Shown: piece by piece, positions 39,731 through 51,342 of the stretch
Layout of the letters: each line of letters starts with the position of its first letter
Numbering within the stretch: the stretch's first letter is position 1
Assembly: GCA_963665235.2 (NCBI GenBank)
Contig: CAXXLX010000001.1
Span: 2,368,001 to 2,432,000, forward strand
DNA from: Candidatus Poribacteria bacterium
GTDB taxonomy: Bacteria > Poribacteria > WGA-4E > WGA-3G
Direction of reading: 5' to 3'
DNA: 64,000 bases
Made by a program: the position numbers and the translations under genes
The notes under the pieces: generated by a model
Databases searched by the model: none
The model's input: the letters and a program-made list of their open reading frames with translations, nothing else
What the model was told of the DNA's origin: nothing

Positions 39731-41124
39731 CTAGGGGGCAGTGCCTGGTGTCGGGCGTTCTGGACGCGCCGGTGGTTTAAGGTGCTTTTCACCTTCCTGC
39801 CGTATCTTCTCCAATTCAGTGATAACTTTTTGGAGTGCCTGCAAATCTTTTGGCAATTTTCCCCCATGCAGTGCTTCTAACTGCGTAAACCATTGCTGAA
39901 CCGCATCCGGTGTGCGGAGTTCCGGTGGTATCTCCAGCCCTGGTGGGAGTTGCTTGGCATCGGGGTGCGGCCGCTGCTGTGTAGGGGCAGTCTTTTGAGA
40001 CGTGGGCGGTTCGTGTGTGTGTCCAGGCTCACGTTCCCGTGCTTGTTCAGGAGGGACGGTGCCGTGGGGCTGCTTCTCTTCTGGCGTGTTCAGGAGCGTA
40101 TCCAGCTCCAACAAGAGTTCATGTTCTTCAATCTGCTGTTGCAGCAGGGTTTGTGCTGTTTCCAACTCTTTCATGTTCCGTTCAAAAAAACGGGGCGGCA
40201 CCTTGCCGATTGGTATTGGTTTATTATTTGCGTCTATGTAGACCACGCTCATCCCCTCAGGGGCAACACCGAAATTGACTAACGCGTCTTCCTCCTCAGA
40301 CGTGAGACTGGGCCCTATAAACTTCGTCCTACCTGTTTCGGGCTCTATATGCACGTTCACAAGATTCGGTGAAAATGGCAGAAAACTACCATCCAAATTC
40401 GTAACACCCCCTTCAACTTCAGGGTCTAACTCCACCGCAAGCTCTATGTTTATAAGCCGCACCACGGAGAACTTGTTAGCCATTTGGACATACGCTTCCC
40501 ACGTCGTATCCGAAGGCAACTTTAGTGCCTGAAGCAGGCCTGCTTTAGAAGAATGTCCACCGACCACAGTCCTGCCATCTTCATCGTATTCCGGTATTCC
40601 GGTATCCCAATCCTCCGGGTCGGCCCTGTTATGCCAATCGTCTACTCAATGCCAGTTGATAGTGTCCAAAACCAGCAAACGGGTGACCGAGGTACATGAG
40701 GTCTTCCAGCCACTGATCCAGCGGATACATTGCCTCTGCTGCCTCTAATTCCTTAAGGTTTGGGGTGGCGGAAGTCAAGAAAACTTTGATTCCACATTTC
40801 CTTCATTTCGGCGCGGGTGTAGGGCTGATATTTCTTTTTGATGGCAGTGAGGTCCAGGCGTTCCCAAGCGCGTTGGATCGGGTGCTTTGTGTTGCTTGCC
40901 TGGGAAGATTCCACCGTATCGGTGTCGGTGTCAGGTTTGGTCCAATCGTAGGTATGGATATGTTGAACGGTGTTGCCATCGGGGGCGGTATGTTCATGCG
41001 GGGTCGGCGCGGGGATCTGTTCTTGGACAGACAATAAGGGGTGCGGCCGATGTGCCATATAAACTGAAATACCGATAGCGAAGACGAGCAGGGTTATTGT
41101 GATGAGGATCATCCGTTTTTTCAT
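39731..41124 (-). pseudogene. Frameshifted secreted hypothetical protein
   Basis: Signal-bearing ORF 40753-41124, a middle frame (NLKELEAAEAMYPLDQWL...) and ORF 39731-40567 look like one gene with two frameshifts. Confidence 0.55.
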
Positions 41125-41385
41125 GAGGTTTCTCCTTGTAGTCGACAGCCGTGGAGACTGTCCGACAGATGTGTGTGCGTTCTGCGAGGACCATTTCTAT
41201 TAAGTCCCCAATTGGCAGGCCGCACGGGGAATGCCTAAATGGCATTCCTCGTTGATTTGGCGCAGGCCATTTGTGAGGGGGGAGTTTTGGATAGAATCTG
41301 TCCGTTCAGATCCCCCTTTATCCCCCGCACCTGTGAGGGAAGGGGCCTTTTGAACCTATTATGTCCGTTGAGGGACAATAAATAT

Positions 41386-42392
41386 TTAGCAAGTAAACCA
41401 TTTCGTCACAAAAGCGATATGAATCTGGGAAATCCTGTGCGCGGTTACCAGATGCCGAGCAAGGGTTAAAATTTTTTCAACCACGGAGTTCATCAGGACC
41501 TGGAAGACTTGCAGTAGCATTCTCTTCCAATTTAGTCCATTTATACGCCGCTGTAACGTCACCGGATTGACCTCCGTATCATTTAGTTTACCGCTGCCTG
41601 TTGCACTTTTATCTTGGTATTTAGGAAACGCCGTCGGCAATGGCTTTTAATTGGAGCAGAAATTGCGTAACCCCGCGCTTCACGTTCGTCGGACGAAGCA
41701 GTGTAAGAGTGTTCCGAGGTTGCTGTCAGGGTGACAACGTTACTCAAAATCCTCCCCCATACGTTCTCTTGTCACCTCTTGCGATATTTACCTTCTTGAC
41801 AATAAGGTTCAGAAATGCTGTCTCCGTCCACGTATCTTTCTTTATACTCACTTCCCGGCAACCCGACTTAGAAAGCCGCTTCTTGCATGATAATTCACTG
41901 GGGAGAACGTGACAGTGCCTGTTGCGACCCCTTGCCAGGTGGCTCTTTCGTCTGGGTATTGGGTTAAGTCTAAATATTCTATCTGGTCAACACCCGGTGT
42001 CACTGTTATCGCGGGCATGTCTTTCCCCTGTGCTGGCATTGGCAGTAACACTCACGGAATAAACGTTCTGTGTGTCACTATTTGGACCGTTCGCGCTGTG
42101 GTTGTACTTAGGCCTGGATAGTACCTGATCCCCCAAGCAGAAGCATTTTCAGTTCCGATCCCGTCATTACCACTATAATGTTACCTCTCGGATCTTGGCC
42201 GCCAGTTGACACCGGCTTGCCCTTAGAATCCACTTTCGCTGCAGAGTTGTGCGTGTGTCCTGGTGGCTTGTGCGGTGCCCCTGTGTTAGGGTCTTCCCTA
42301 TTATGTCCGATTCCATCGGGTGTCTGTGCTAAAAACATAACAGACATCACAACGCCTAATAATATCGCGCATTCAAAAAATCTTCTTTTCAT
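41386..42392 (-). pseudogene. Fragmented secreted protein gene
   Basis: Signal peptide MKRRFFECAILLG with a GAGGAG RBS, followed by several short same-strand frames. Confidence 0.45.
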
Positions 42393-42833
42393 TTGGGTTG
42401 TCTCCTCGCCGCGGTGTTCGCGGCTGTTTGAACGTTCTAAAACGTTATCAGAAAAACTAACAGGGTTTATCTCTGATGTTCCAAAGGAAACGTTGCTGTC
42501 AACGTGAACCTTCGGGCTCGCTGGTTCTCAATATTCCTATACACAAGCTTATGCATGTGATAGCATGAAAACCAGCCTTGTCATACTATATCTATGGCAT
42601 GGTTACGCGCCGATGATGCTTTTGCTATTGTTAGCATTGTCAGCGCGCCCCCCTTGGGGGTAAACGTTCCTGGTGTAACACACGCGAACTTGTGCATTGC
42701 TAACACCTTATGCCCATTATACATCACTTTACAAAATATGTCAATCGCTCAAAAAGTGATTTCCCATGCTTTCCGATTTTGCAGATGAACCATGACGATT
42801 CAACACAAATCACATCTATTTTTCAGTAAGCGG

Positions 42834-43510
42834 TTAAATTAATTGTTGCGTAACAGCATCTTCGGCTATCTCTGGGTATTTGGTTCTGAGCTGCTTTTTC
42901 AGTGCTTTTCTAGCCCGATGCAACAAAACCTCGACGTTGCCAACTTTCAGATTCAGCCTTTCGGCAATTTCTTTGGAAGACAACTCTTCGACGACTCTCA
43001 ATCGTATCACGTCTCGCTGGTTTTCCGGAAGCTTCGCTATCAAACCGTAGACGATTTGTAGACGTTCTGAATCAATCGCAATGCGCTCAGGTTGCTTGCG
43101 CTCAGGTTGCTGATACGTATACGATGATTGAATCCCTATTTCCGCCAATCTGTTCCCAGAACTGCTACCAGCGATTTCATAAACCTCACGTCTTTGCGGC
43201 TCTCTTTCCCGCTCTTTTCTCTGTGCTTCGAACCATTTTGCCCTTTTTCTTCTCCGGCAATGGTGAAAAGCCACTTATTGAAACCTTTAGGCTTCTGAAT
43301 TGTGCCTATCCATTTAAACGCTTCAAGGAGCGTATCTTGGGCGAGCTCTTCTGCATCCTCGTGCACGATGCCCCTGTTTTTGAAGAAACGGATAAGTTGT
43401 GGACGATATTTAAAATAGAGGGCATTCCATGCCGTTTCATCACCGGATTGGCAAGCTACTACGTATTTTGCATCTTCTTCTGCATTCTTCTTGTCTGATT
43501 TCGCTTCCAT
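42834..43510 (-). pseudogene. ECF sigma factor, frameshifted
   Basis: Region 2 (DAEELAQDTLLEAF...FNKWLFTIA) and region 4 (LPENQRDVIRLR..EELSSKEIAERL...LHRARKAL) are in different frames; shift at about 43255. Confidence 0.85.
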
Positions 43511-43530
43511 TGATTACTTTAGGCATTATG

Positions 43531-43706
43531 AAATAATCACGTGTGCCTATATTGTGGATTTATTATAATAAGTGGCAAACTTTCTGCAAAACCTTACAAA
43601 AATCTCATTTTTTTAAAAATAACCACGTGTGCCTATATTGTGGGTTTATTATAATAAGTGGCAAACTTTCTGCAAAACCTTACAAAAATCTCATTTTTTT
43701 AAAAAT
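43531..43706. repeat. 86-bp tandem duplication containing a promoter-like sequence
   Basis: Units start at 43538 and 43624; each has TTGCAG-16-TATAAT on the minus strand. Confidence 0.85.
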
Positions 43707-43849
43707 TAAGTTGCAATATGGCTGGGCTATTTTAATTGCTTGATTTATTTGAAAAAATATGGACAGAGAGTGAGGCATAGTTGAAAAAGTTAACACATTT
43801 CGTGTATAATGTTAGATAAGTGTACGCCGTATTGGCGAAAGGAGATAAA

Positions 43850-44489
43850 GGGGCAGTCGTTGACACTATTTCTAAAGATTATGTTCAGGAACACCCTGAT
43901 GATTTTACAAACTTTTGTATAGGTGACAAAGAGTTCACTGTCCTGGAAATCAACCAATAGTCAGTTCTATAAGCCCAACCAACGGGCGGGCTGGATATAA
44001 GGTGGTATCCGTTTTTTCATAATTGTTTCCTCAACGAACCGCAAGGAAATATCAAAAATTCCCTTTACGCCGTTGATGGAGCGTCCAGCGGGTGTAGATT
44101 CGGAGGCGTGGTTTCGGCGGTGTGTTCAAGCTGCGGCGCGCGCAGATGTGCCAGATGCATCTGAATATATTGGGAGCATGGCTATTTTAGGCAATTTAGT
44201 TTATGATATGAAGATGATTTTAACGATTGTATCGAAGGAGACGATGTACGAATTAGATATTATCCGACACCTAACAGAGAAAGCGACAGCGGAAGCGCGA
44301 GCGGAAACACTACAGGAAGGTATATTTGATGTGTTAACCCTTCGCTTACAGTCCGATGCTGCACTTCGCTTTAAACCCACATTGGAGCAAATCGACGACC
44401 CGCAGCAGCTTGCGGCACTGCTCCGCGCTGCGGCGTTGGCGAACACACTCGAAGACTTCGAGCAGGTTTTGGAAGAAACCGAAGAGTGA
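43850..44489 (+). pseudogene. Rpn/PD-(D/E)xK-transposase-like gene remnant with intact C-terminal part
   Basis: AAGGAG RBS then a mutated start, VDTISKDYVQEHPDDF, a stop, then PFTPLMERP...TLQEGIFDVLTLRL...LEQIDD.QQL..LLRAA tail. Confidence 0.6.
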
Positions 44490-44513
44490 ACGCACTAGAA
44501 GGAATATTTGAAA

Positions 44514-45239
44514 ATGTCAAATCAAAATCACAAACTAAACGCAGAAGAGATCGACCAGTTTCGGAGGGATGGTTACCTCGGTCCTTATACGCTCTGTAAT
44601 CCTGATGAAATGCAGACGATGCACCCCGAAATTGAACGGATACTTGAAACCGACGCACCTGACCATAAAAACAGGGTGCATAACCGGCATCTCGATTTTC
44701 CACTGATTCACGACCTTGCCACGCACCCTGCTATTGTCAAGCGGATGGCAGCTCTCTACGGACCCGATTTGCTGCTGTGGCGAACCAACTTTTTTGTCAA
44801 GGAGCCCGGCGCAAAGGAGATTCCGTGGCACCAAGATTTTAACTACTGGCCCGTTGAACCGCCTGTTATCATTTCAGCATGGATTGCTGTTGATGCTGCT
44901 ACGTTGGAAAACAGCTGTCTCCAAATTGTGCCAGGGTCACATCGAAAAGTAATACCGCACGTGAAAGCTACATCCGACATGGCGTTTGGACTGATGGGCG
45001 ACCTCAATTTCGTTGATACAAGCAACATCGTCAGTCTAGAGATGCAACCGGGGGAATTTGTCCTTTTTAATGAACGCACCCTGCATCATTCAGAGGCGAA
45101 TCGCTCCGATAAAAGACGTATCGGCCTGGCTGTCCGCGTCATCATCCCGATTGTCAAAGTTTTTAACTGGGACTCGCCCAAGCACGAATTAATTGTAATT
45201 CATGGGAAAGATTCTGCTCAATTTAATGAAAGGAGCTAA
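44514..45239 (+). CDS. PhyH-family dioxygenase
   Basis: FFVKEPG, PWHQD, ENSCLQIVPGSH, TLHHS..N.S..RR. Confidence 0.9.
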   Translation: MSNQNHKLNAEEIDQFRRDGYLGPYTLCNPDEMQTMHPEIERILETDAPDHKNRVHNRHLDFPLIHDLATHPAIVKRMAALYGPDLLLWRTNFFVKEPGAKEIPWHQDFNYWPVEPPVIISAWIAVDAATLENSCLQIVPGSHRKVIPHVKATSDMAFGLMGDLNFVDTSNIVSLEMQPGEFVLFNERTLHHSEANRSDKRRIGLAVRVIIPIVKVFNWDSPKHELIVIHGKDSAQFNERS

Positions 45240-45241
45240 CG

Positions 45242-46258
45242 ATGAACCGTCAAATTACACTGGCTGCACGACCGGTCGGCTATCCGAAAGAATCGGATTT
45301 TAAACTCGTTGAAACCGATATTCCGACCCCGGAAGCGGGGCAAGTGCTTATAAAAACTATCTATCTCTCTGTCGACCCGTATATGCGGGGCCGTATGAAT
45401 GCAGCTCGCTCTTACGCTGCCAATGTTGAATTCAGCGAGGTGATGGTCGGTGGGGTTATTGCACAGGTTGTTGAATCGAGACATCCCGATTTTAAGGCAG
45501 GCGATATTGTGAACGCGCATATAGGGTGGCAAGAATACGGGGTCTCGCGCGGAGAAGAGTTGCGGAAAATTGACCCGGAGATTGCCCCTATTTCAACAGG
45601 CATCGGTATACTCGGCATGCCGGGGTTGACCGCCTACTTCGGGCTGCTTGAAGTCGGACAACTCCATGACGGTGAAACAGTGTTCGTCTCCGGCGCAGCT
45701 GGGGCAGTCGGTTCCGTTGTAGGACAGATTGCGAAAATCAAAGGATGCAGGGTTGTCGGCTCCGCAGGAACAGATGAAAAAATCGCATATCTCCTCGATG
45801 AACTCGGTTTTGATGCAGCTTTCAACTACAAGAACGTCACAGACTATCACGCCAAACTTGCCGAACTCTGCCCCGATGGTATAGATGTCTATTTTGACAA
45901 CGTCGGTGGACGTATCACGGATGCTGTCTTTCCCAATTTAAGGATTAAAGGACGGGTGGTTATCTGCGGACAAATTTCACAATATAACCTACAAAATCCG
46001 GAAACAGGGCCCCGCTTTCTTTGGCATCTCATTACCAAACGGGCGCGAATTGAAGGGTTTCTCGTCTTTGAATTTGCCGATAGGCACCCGGAAGCACTCG
46101 CTCAAATGGCAACGTGGGTTCAGCAGGGAAAGTTGAAATATCGAGAGACAGTCGCTGATGGCGGTATTGAAAACGCACCCGCTGCATTTATCAGCATGCT
46201 CAAAGGCGGCAATATTGGCAAACAGCTCGTCAAAATCGCAGATGTGACTGAGGGTTGA
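45242..46258 (+). CDS. NADP-dependent oxidoreductase (CurA/PGDH-like MDR)
   Basis: LSVDPYMRGRM, LGMPGLTAYFGL, VSGAAGAVGS, YFDNVGG. Confidence 0.92.
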   Translation: MNRQITLAARPVGYPKESDFKLVETDIPTPEAGQVLIKTIYLSVDPYMRGRMNAARSYAANVEFSEVMVGGVIAQVVESRHPDFKAGDIVNAHIGWQEYGVSRGEELRKIDPEIAPISTGIGILGMPGLTAYFGLLEVGQLHDGETVFVSGAAGAVGSVVGQIAKIKGCRVVGSAGTDEKIAYLLDELGFDAAFNYKNVTDYHAKLAELCPDGIDVYFDNVGGRITDAVFPNLRIKGRVVICGQISQYNLQNPETGPRFLWHLITKRARIEGFLVFEFADRHPEALAQMATWVQQGKLKYRETVADGGIENAPAAFISMLKGGNIGKQLVKIADVTEG

Positions 46259-46269
46259 TGGCTACTTAA

Positions 46270-48582
46270 ATGGGGAACAAAGTGCAAAGATATATCACTT
46301 TCTGGCAACGATTTTCACTCACTATACTGCTTATAACGCTGCACCTCCTCGGTACGTCTGATGTCACCTGCTATGAGGGACAGGCTGCCGAGCTTGCACA
46401 AGCACAACCGCAACAGGACGCTGCTACACGCCTCCAAATCTTGAACGCAATTCAAGCGGCGCATGACCATTACCATGAGCGGCGGTATGCTGAAGCTATT
46501 AAGGCATATCAAACCTTACTTAAAACGGAACTTCGGCAGAGCCAAGCGGATTCACTTCGGTTGATGTTAGGGCAAAGCTACGAAAAACTTGGCGAAGACG
46601 CTGAAGCACGGCTCGCCTATAAGCAGATTATTGACGAAAATCCGGATGGGGTCTACGCAACACAGGCGGCTAGTCAACTCGGTAACCTCTATCGGCAGCG
46701 TTACCAATTCGATGCCGCGCTGCTGCAATTCAAGCAGATTATAAAGCAACACCCCGATACGCAGGCTGCTGCTATCTCCGCATACCTTATCGGCTCATAT
46801 CAATACGTAGATGGTAAATATGATGAGGCAGTGGTAAGCTTCAAAAATTTCTTGGATAATTTTCCAACTTCACCCTATCGTTCAAGTGCTATCAGCAGCC
46901 TTATCCGCCTTTATACACAAAGCAAACGGTATGCCGAGGCTGAAAAGCTCCTCACTGAACGGATACAACAGAATCCTACTGACATCACCCTTTTGGAGGA
47001 ATTAGCGACACTTTACCAACAACAGGGGAAATACGATGAGGCATTAGAACTCTATCGCGGGACATTAGAACAGAACCCCGGCAACACAAGCCTCCGTCGA
47101 AAACTCGGTTCACTCTATGCTGAACTTGGGAAAATCGAACTTGCCAAAGCGGAATGGCAAAAATTGGTGGCAAACGATGCAAGTCAAAACCAACAACTCG
47201 GCGCGATTTATCTGGCACACAAGCTGTACCCGGAAGCAATTCAGGCGTATCAGCAAGCCATCCAAATGAATCCACAATACGGCTATCTCTACACACAGTT
47301 GGCAGCTGTTTACAAAATCCAGGGGAACATCGACGAAGCTCTCTCGACCTACTTGGATGCCTTACTACGTATCGGGCCCATCGGAAGTCAACGCGAAACG
47401 GTATGGAACGCAATGCTCGAAATCTACGAAGGTGAAAATCAAAAACCGCTACAAGAAAAACTCCTCGTGCAGCTTCAAGAGGCACAGCGAGCAACCCCCC
47501 AGAATCTCAACGTTACCCTTACCCTCGGAGAACTCTCGTTCTATGCGGGACAGTTCGAAAAGGCACTTGAAACCTTCGCAAAACTTCATCGAAGGTATCC
47601 TACCGCTATTGACGCAACGTTGGAAAGATATGCCCGCGTGCTAGAACGCAAACAAAATCCAGCAGCGGTCGGTTTCTATAAGACGTTGGTGCAGGTTACC
47701 GGAACAGCGTCGCAACGCACAAATGCCCAGTACAAACTCGCGCGCCTCTACCAAAAAATAGAGGCGTGGGATGAAGCGGCCACCCTTCTCAAGGAATTGA
47801 ACAGTGGCAGTGCCGCCTCTACTACTACGCAACTCCTGCTTGCACGGATACAATTACACGGGCACCGTGACCCGACAGCTGCACAAATCACTCTTCAACG
47901 GATGAATCTCCAGGGCGTAATCACCACGCAATCCATGGAAGTGCAAGTGCTATTGGGAGAATGCCACCTGCTCTTGAAAGCGTATACCCGCGCAAGGGAG
48001 GTGCTTGCGCCTATTGCGGACACCCCTAATCGTTTCCAAGCAGCTGCGCGAAAACTGATTGGCGACACCTACTTCTTCGCCGCAGATTTCGAAAAAGCAC
48101 ACAAGGCATATAAACAGGTCATCGGTATTTCAAAATCCGACCGGCTCACCAACGACGCACTCGAACGGATTATTCTCATCCAAGACCACCCGGACTATTT
48201 CAAGATGCCACTTACCGATTACGCCACTGCCCTGCAACACTATCTGAGTGGGGACACTGAAGCGGCTATAGCACAGTGTCAAAACACAATTTCACTTCAG
48301 CCGCAAGCACTAATCGTTGACGATATGTGGCTGCTGCTCGGCACTATCTATCAGAATCAGCGTGCAGACGCGGACGCTATTCGTGCATACCAGCAAATTA
48401 TTGAGATGGAAAGTCATCTCGCGGTGGATGCTTTGACGCAAATCGCCAAAATCTATCAGAAACAGAACGATTTCACAAATGCCTTGGATACCTACACCCT
48501 ACTGGTAACCAAATATCCGGATAACAGCATCATCCCGTATGCACGCCAACAGTTGGATGAAATTAAAAAGTTGATACAGTAG
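46270..48582 (+). CDS. Large secreted TPR-repeat protein
   Basis: Signal-like N-terminus; many TPR helix pairs. Confidence 0.85.
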   Translation: MGNKVQRYITFWQRFSLTILLITLHLLGTSDVTCYEGQAAELAQAQPQQDAATRLQILNAIQAAHDHYHERRYAEAIKAYQTLLKTELRQSQADSLRLMLGQSYEKLGEDAEARLAYKQIIDENPDGVYATQAASQLGNLYRQRYQFDAALLQFKQIIKQHPDTQAAAISAYLIGSYQYVDGKYDEAVVSFKNFLDNFPTSPYRSSAISSLIRLYTQSKRYAEAEKLLTERIQQNPTDITLLEELATLYQQQGKYDEALELYRGTLEQNPGNTSLRRKLGSLYAELGKIELAKAEWQKLVANDASQNQQLGAIYLAHKLYPEAIQAYQQAIQMNPQYGYLYTQLAAVYKIQGNIDEALSTYLDALLRIGPIGSQRETVWNAMLEIYEGENQKPLQEKLLVQLQEAQRATPQNLNVTLTLGELSFYAGQFEKALETFAKLHRRYPTAIDATLERYARVLERKQNPAAVGFYKTLVQVTGTASQRTNAQYKLARLYQKIEAWDEAATLLKELNSGSAASTTTQLLLARIQLHGHRDPTAAQITLQRMNLQGVITTQSMEVQVLLGECHLLLKAYTRAREVLAPIADTPNRFQAAARKLIGDTYFFAADFEKAHKAYKQVIGISKSDRLTNDALERIILIQDHPDYFKMPLTDYATALQHYLSGDTEAAIAQCQNTISLQPQALIVDDMWLLLGTIYQNQRADADAIRAYQQIIEMESHLAVDALTQIAKIYQKQNDFTNALDTYTLLVTKYPDNSIIPYARQQLDEIKKLIQ

Positions 48583-48599
48583 TAGGATATGCATAAGCG

Positions 48600-48642
48600 G
48601 TAGAAGGATGGAGGGATGGAAGGTTGGAAGAATGGAAGGTAA
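48600..48642. repeat. 8-bp degenerate tandem repeat (GAAGGATG-like)
   Basis: GAAGGATG GAGGGATG GAAGGTTG GAAGAATG GAAGG. Confidence 0.7.
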
Positions 48643-48743
48643 GCCCGTCGGGGTCTATGCGACACGAAAGATATTAATCAACGTGAGTTTGAAAAAAAGT
48701 TTTCCCTAGTATGAGGAGCGGGCTGCTTGCCCGAATACTGGTT

Positions 48744-48825
48744 AGTCCCATAGGGACGATATATTTATAGAAGGTCCGTTTCTGCCCCAACTCTTAGTCC
48801 CGTAGGGACGATATCTTTATAGAGG
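48744..48825. repeat. Pair of AGTCCC..GGGACGATAT..TTATAG repeats
   Basis: Two direct copies 52 bp apart. Confidence 0.8.
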
Positions 48826-48891
48826 TTAGTGCCAGCGGACATTTATTATCAAGCTCACGTTATTAATCAGAAAACAGAAGGAGGTAACCTT

Positions 48892-49914
48892 ATGGAAAAA
48901 TGGAACTTACCAGCAGGGGCTAAAGCCCGCCTTGGTAAAGGTTGTATAATTAGGATACGGTTTTCACCAGATGGAACGCGGTTAGCTGTTGGTGGTAGTA
49001 TCGGAGTTTGGATTTACGATGTCCAGACAGGGGAAGAACTTAACTTATTTATAGGGCATGTGGGTTGGGTTTTTAGCGTGTCGTTTAGTCCTGATGGTCA
49101 CATGATTGTTAGTGGGAGTTCGGACAACACTATTCGGCTATGGGACATTAGCACTGGAAAACTTGTCAGAACCCTCACAGGGCATAAGGGTTCGGTCAGT
49201 AGTGTATCGTTTAGTCGGGATGGTCACATGATTGTTAGTGGGAGTTCGGACAATACTGTTTGTCTATGGGACACAAACACAGGGAAACTTCTCAGCACCC
49301 TCACAGGACATACGGCTGATGTCAAAAGCGTGTCATTTAGTCCGGATGGGAATACCGTCGTTAGTGGGAGTTCGGACAATACTGTTTGTCTATGGGACAC
49401 AAACACAGGGAAACTTCTCAGCACCCTCACAGGACATACGGCTGATGTCAAAAGCGTGTCATTTAGTCCGGATGGGAATACCGTCGTTAGTGGGAGTTGG
49501 GACAACACTATTCGACTATGGGACGCACGGACCGGAGAACTTATCAGAAAAATCACGGGACATACGGATAATGTCAGTAGCGTATCGTTTAGTCCGGATA
49601 GCAATACCATCGTTAGTGGCAGTTCGGATGGGACTATTCGGCTATGGAAAGCGCGAACCGGAAAACTTATCATAACGCTCACTGGAGATATGGGTACGGT
49701 CTATAGCGTGTCGTTTAGTCCGGATGGCAGGACAATCGTTAGTGGCAGTTCGGATGGGACTGTTCGGCTATGGGGGACAAACACCGGACAACTTATCAGA
49801 ACACTTATAGGACATACTGGGGCGGTCAATAGCGTGTCATTTGGTCCGGATGGTCGCATGCTTGTTAGTGGGAGTGGTGACGGCACTATCCTGATATGGG
49901 AACTTGAACCTTAG
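48892..49914 (+). CDS. WD40-repeat protein
   Basis: Seven-bladed pattern GH...V.SVSFSPDG..IVSGS.D.T..LWD; AAGGAGGT RBS. Confidence 0.95.
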   Translation: MEKWNLPAGAKARLGKGCIIRIRFSPDGTRLAVGGSIGVWIYDVQTGEELNLFIGHVGWVFSVSFSPDGHMIVSGSSDNTIRLWDISTGKLVRTLTGHKGSVSSVSFSRDGHMIVSGSSDNTVCLWDTNTGKLLSTLTGHTADVKSVSFSPDGNTVVSGSSDNTVCLWDTNTGKLLSTLTGHTADVKSVSFSPDGNTVVSGSWDNTIRLWDARTGELIRKITGHTDNVSSVSFSPDSNTIVSGSSDGTIRLWKARTGKLIITLTGDMGTVYSVSFSPDGRTIVSGSSDGTVRLWGTNTGQLIRTLIGHTGAVNSVSFGPDGRMLVSGSGDGTILIWELEP

Positions 49915-50011
49915 GCGTGCCACGTATTTAATTGTAATCTTTACTATAAGACCGTTCAGGGGCGGGTGCTGGGACATCTGCCGCACCTTATCGAGTAGGA
50001 GAATATTCATT

Positions 50012-51034
50012 ATGTCAACATCCTCAAACGTTCGCGTCGCTATCTACGGATGCGGGAATTTTGCGAACCGCACCCGAATTCCGAACCTCCTGCAGCAGGA
50101 TGCTGTAGAAATTGTGGCGGCATGCGATAGCAGCACGAAAGCAGCGCAGGAAACAGCGAAACATTTCAACATCCCTCGCGCTTACCACAGCGAAAATGGC
50201 GGTGCACACAAAATGCTTGACGCTGAAACAATCGATGTGTTATACTCTATTGTACCGGCGTACGTGCGAACCGATGTTGAGATAACCGCTGCGCAAAAGG
50301 GTATCCATCTTTTCAGTGAAAAACCGCAAGCACTCACGATGCAGGTTGCTTGTAGTATTGACGAGGCTATCCAGCAAGCTGGCGTTATCAGCACAGTCGG
50401 ATTTCGCGAACGGTACCGCCCGCTTTTTCAAAAAGCGCGCGAATTTTTAAGCGATAAAACAGTGGTACATGTTCGTTTCCAAAGCTACGGCGGACTTCCA
50501 GCAAATGCGGATGCCGCTCCAAAAACCTGGTGGGCGGATATGAACAAATCCGGCGGCCGCGCATTAGACTGGGGTGTCCATGCAACCGATTACAGCCGGT
50601 TTATGACAGGATTAAACGTTGTCAAGGCACAAGCGTTCTATTGTGAACGTCCACCTTATGCGGCTCCACTCGCTTGTAGTTTTAATTACAGCTTCGACAA
50701 CGGTGCTACGATGACGCTCGGTTTCATCTCAGCCGGCCCGAGCCCGAAAGATGAACCGTGGTTTACCGTTTTCTACGAAGGCGGACATCTCACACTCTAC
50801 CGATACGATAGGATAGAAGTCAACGGTGAAACGATTTATCAGGCTGACGAATTCGATCCGTGGTTAGAGCAGGATAGCACTTTTATCCGTGCTGTTCAGA
50901 CCGGAGATGATAGTCCATTGCAAAGCGATTATCACGATGGGCTTTTCTCTTTAGCACCTGTCTTGGCAGGTTAGGAATCTGCTCGCCGCAATGGAGAATG
51001 TATTGATATAGAGACGTTCATGGATGTTTCTTAA
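50012..51034 (+). CDS. Gfo/Idh/MocA oxidoreductase with an in-frame TAG at 50972
   Basis: VAIYGCGNFA, FSEKP, SGG.ALDWGVH..D; frame continues ESARRNGECIDI to TAA 51034. Confidence 0.8.
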
Positions 51035-51119
51035 AAGTTGGAGTTCGCTTACACCCTATCAACCACTAAAACTTAACCTAAACTTACGTTTTAATATTAT
51101 TTCATAAGGAGGAAAAATT

Positions 51120-51335
51120 ATGGATGCAAAATTGAAAAAGATTCAAATCACGCCAATGAAGTTTGACAAAGACGGGGACGTACAAAAAGAGGAATTTGCA
51201 ACACTCACAATTGAGGTCCCGATGGATAGCGCGGGACAACGCGCAGCTATTGTCGGTTTGCTCGAACTCCTCGCCCAGGAATGGGTTATCTTGGACGTTG
51301 AAGGCAAAACCCCAGGAGCTGCAAAAACCGTATAG
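51120..51335 (+). CDS. Small hypothetical protein (71 aa)
   Basis: AAGGAGG RBS; fills the gap before the next gene. Confidence 0.65.
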   Translation: MDAKLKKIQITPMKFDKDGDVQKEEFATLTIEVPMDSAGQRAAIVGLLELLAQEWVILDVEGKTPGAAKTV

Positions 51336-51342
51336 GTCACTC

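Noticed and set aside
50972-50974. Selenocysteine or pyrrolysine recoding
   Set aside because: Codon is TAG, not TGA; no pyl genes seen; the position fits a Trp codon mutation or error
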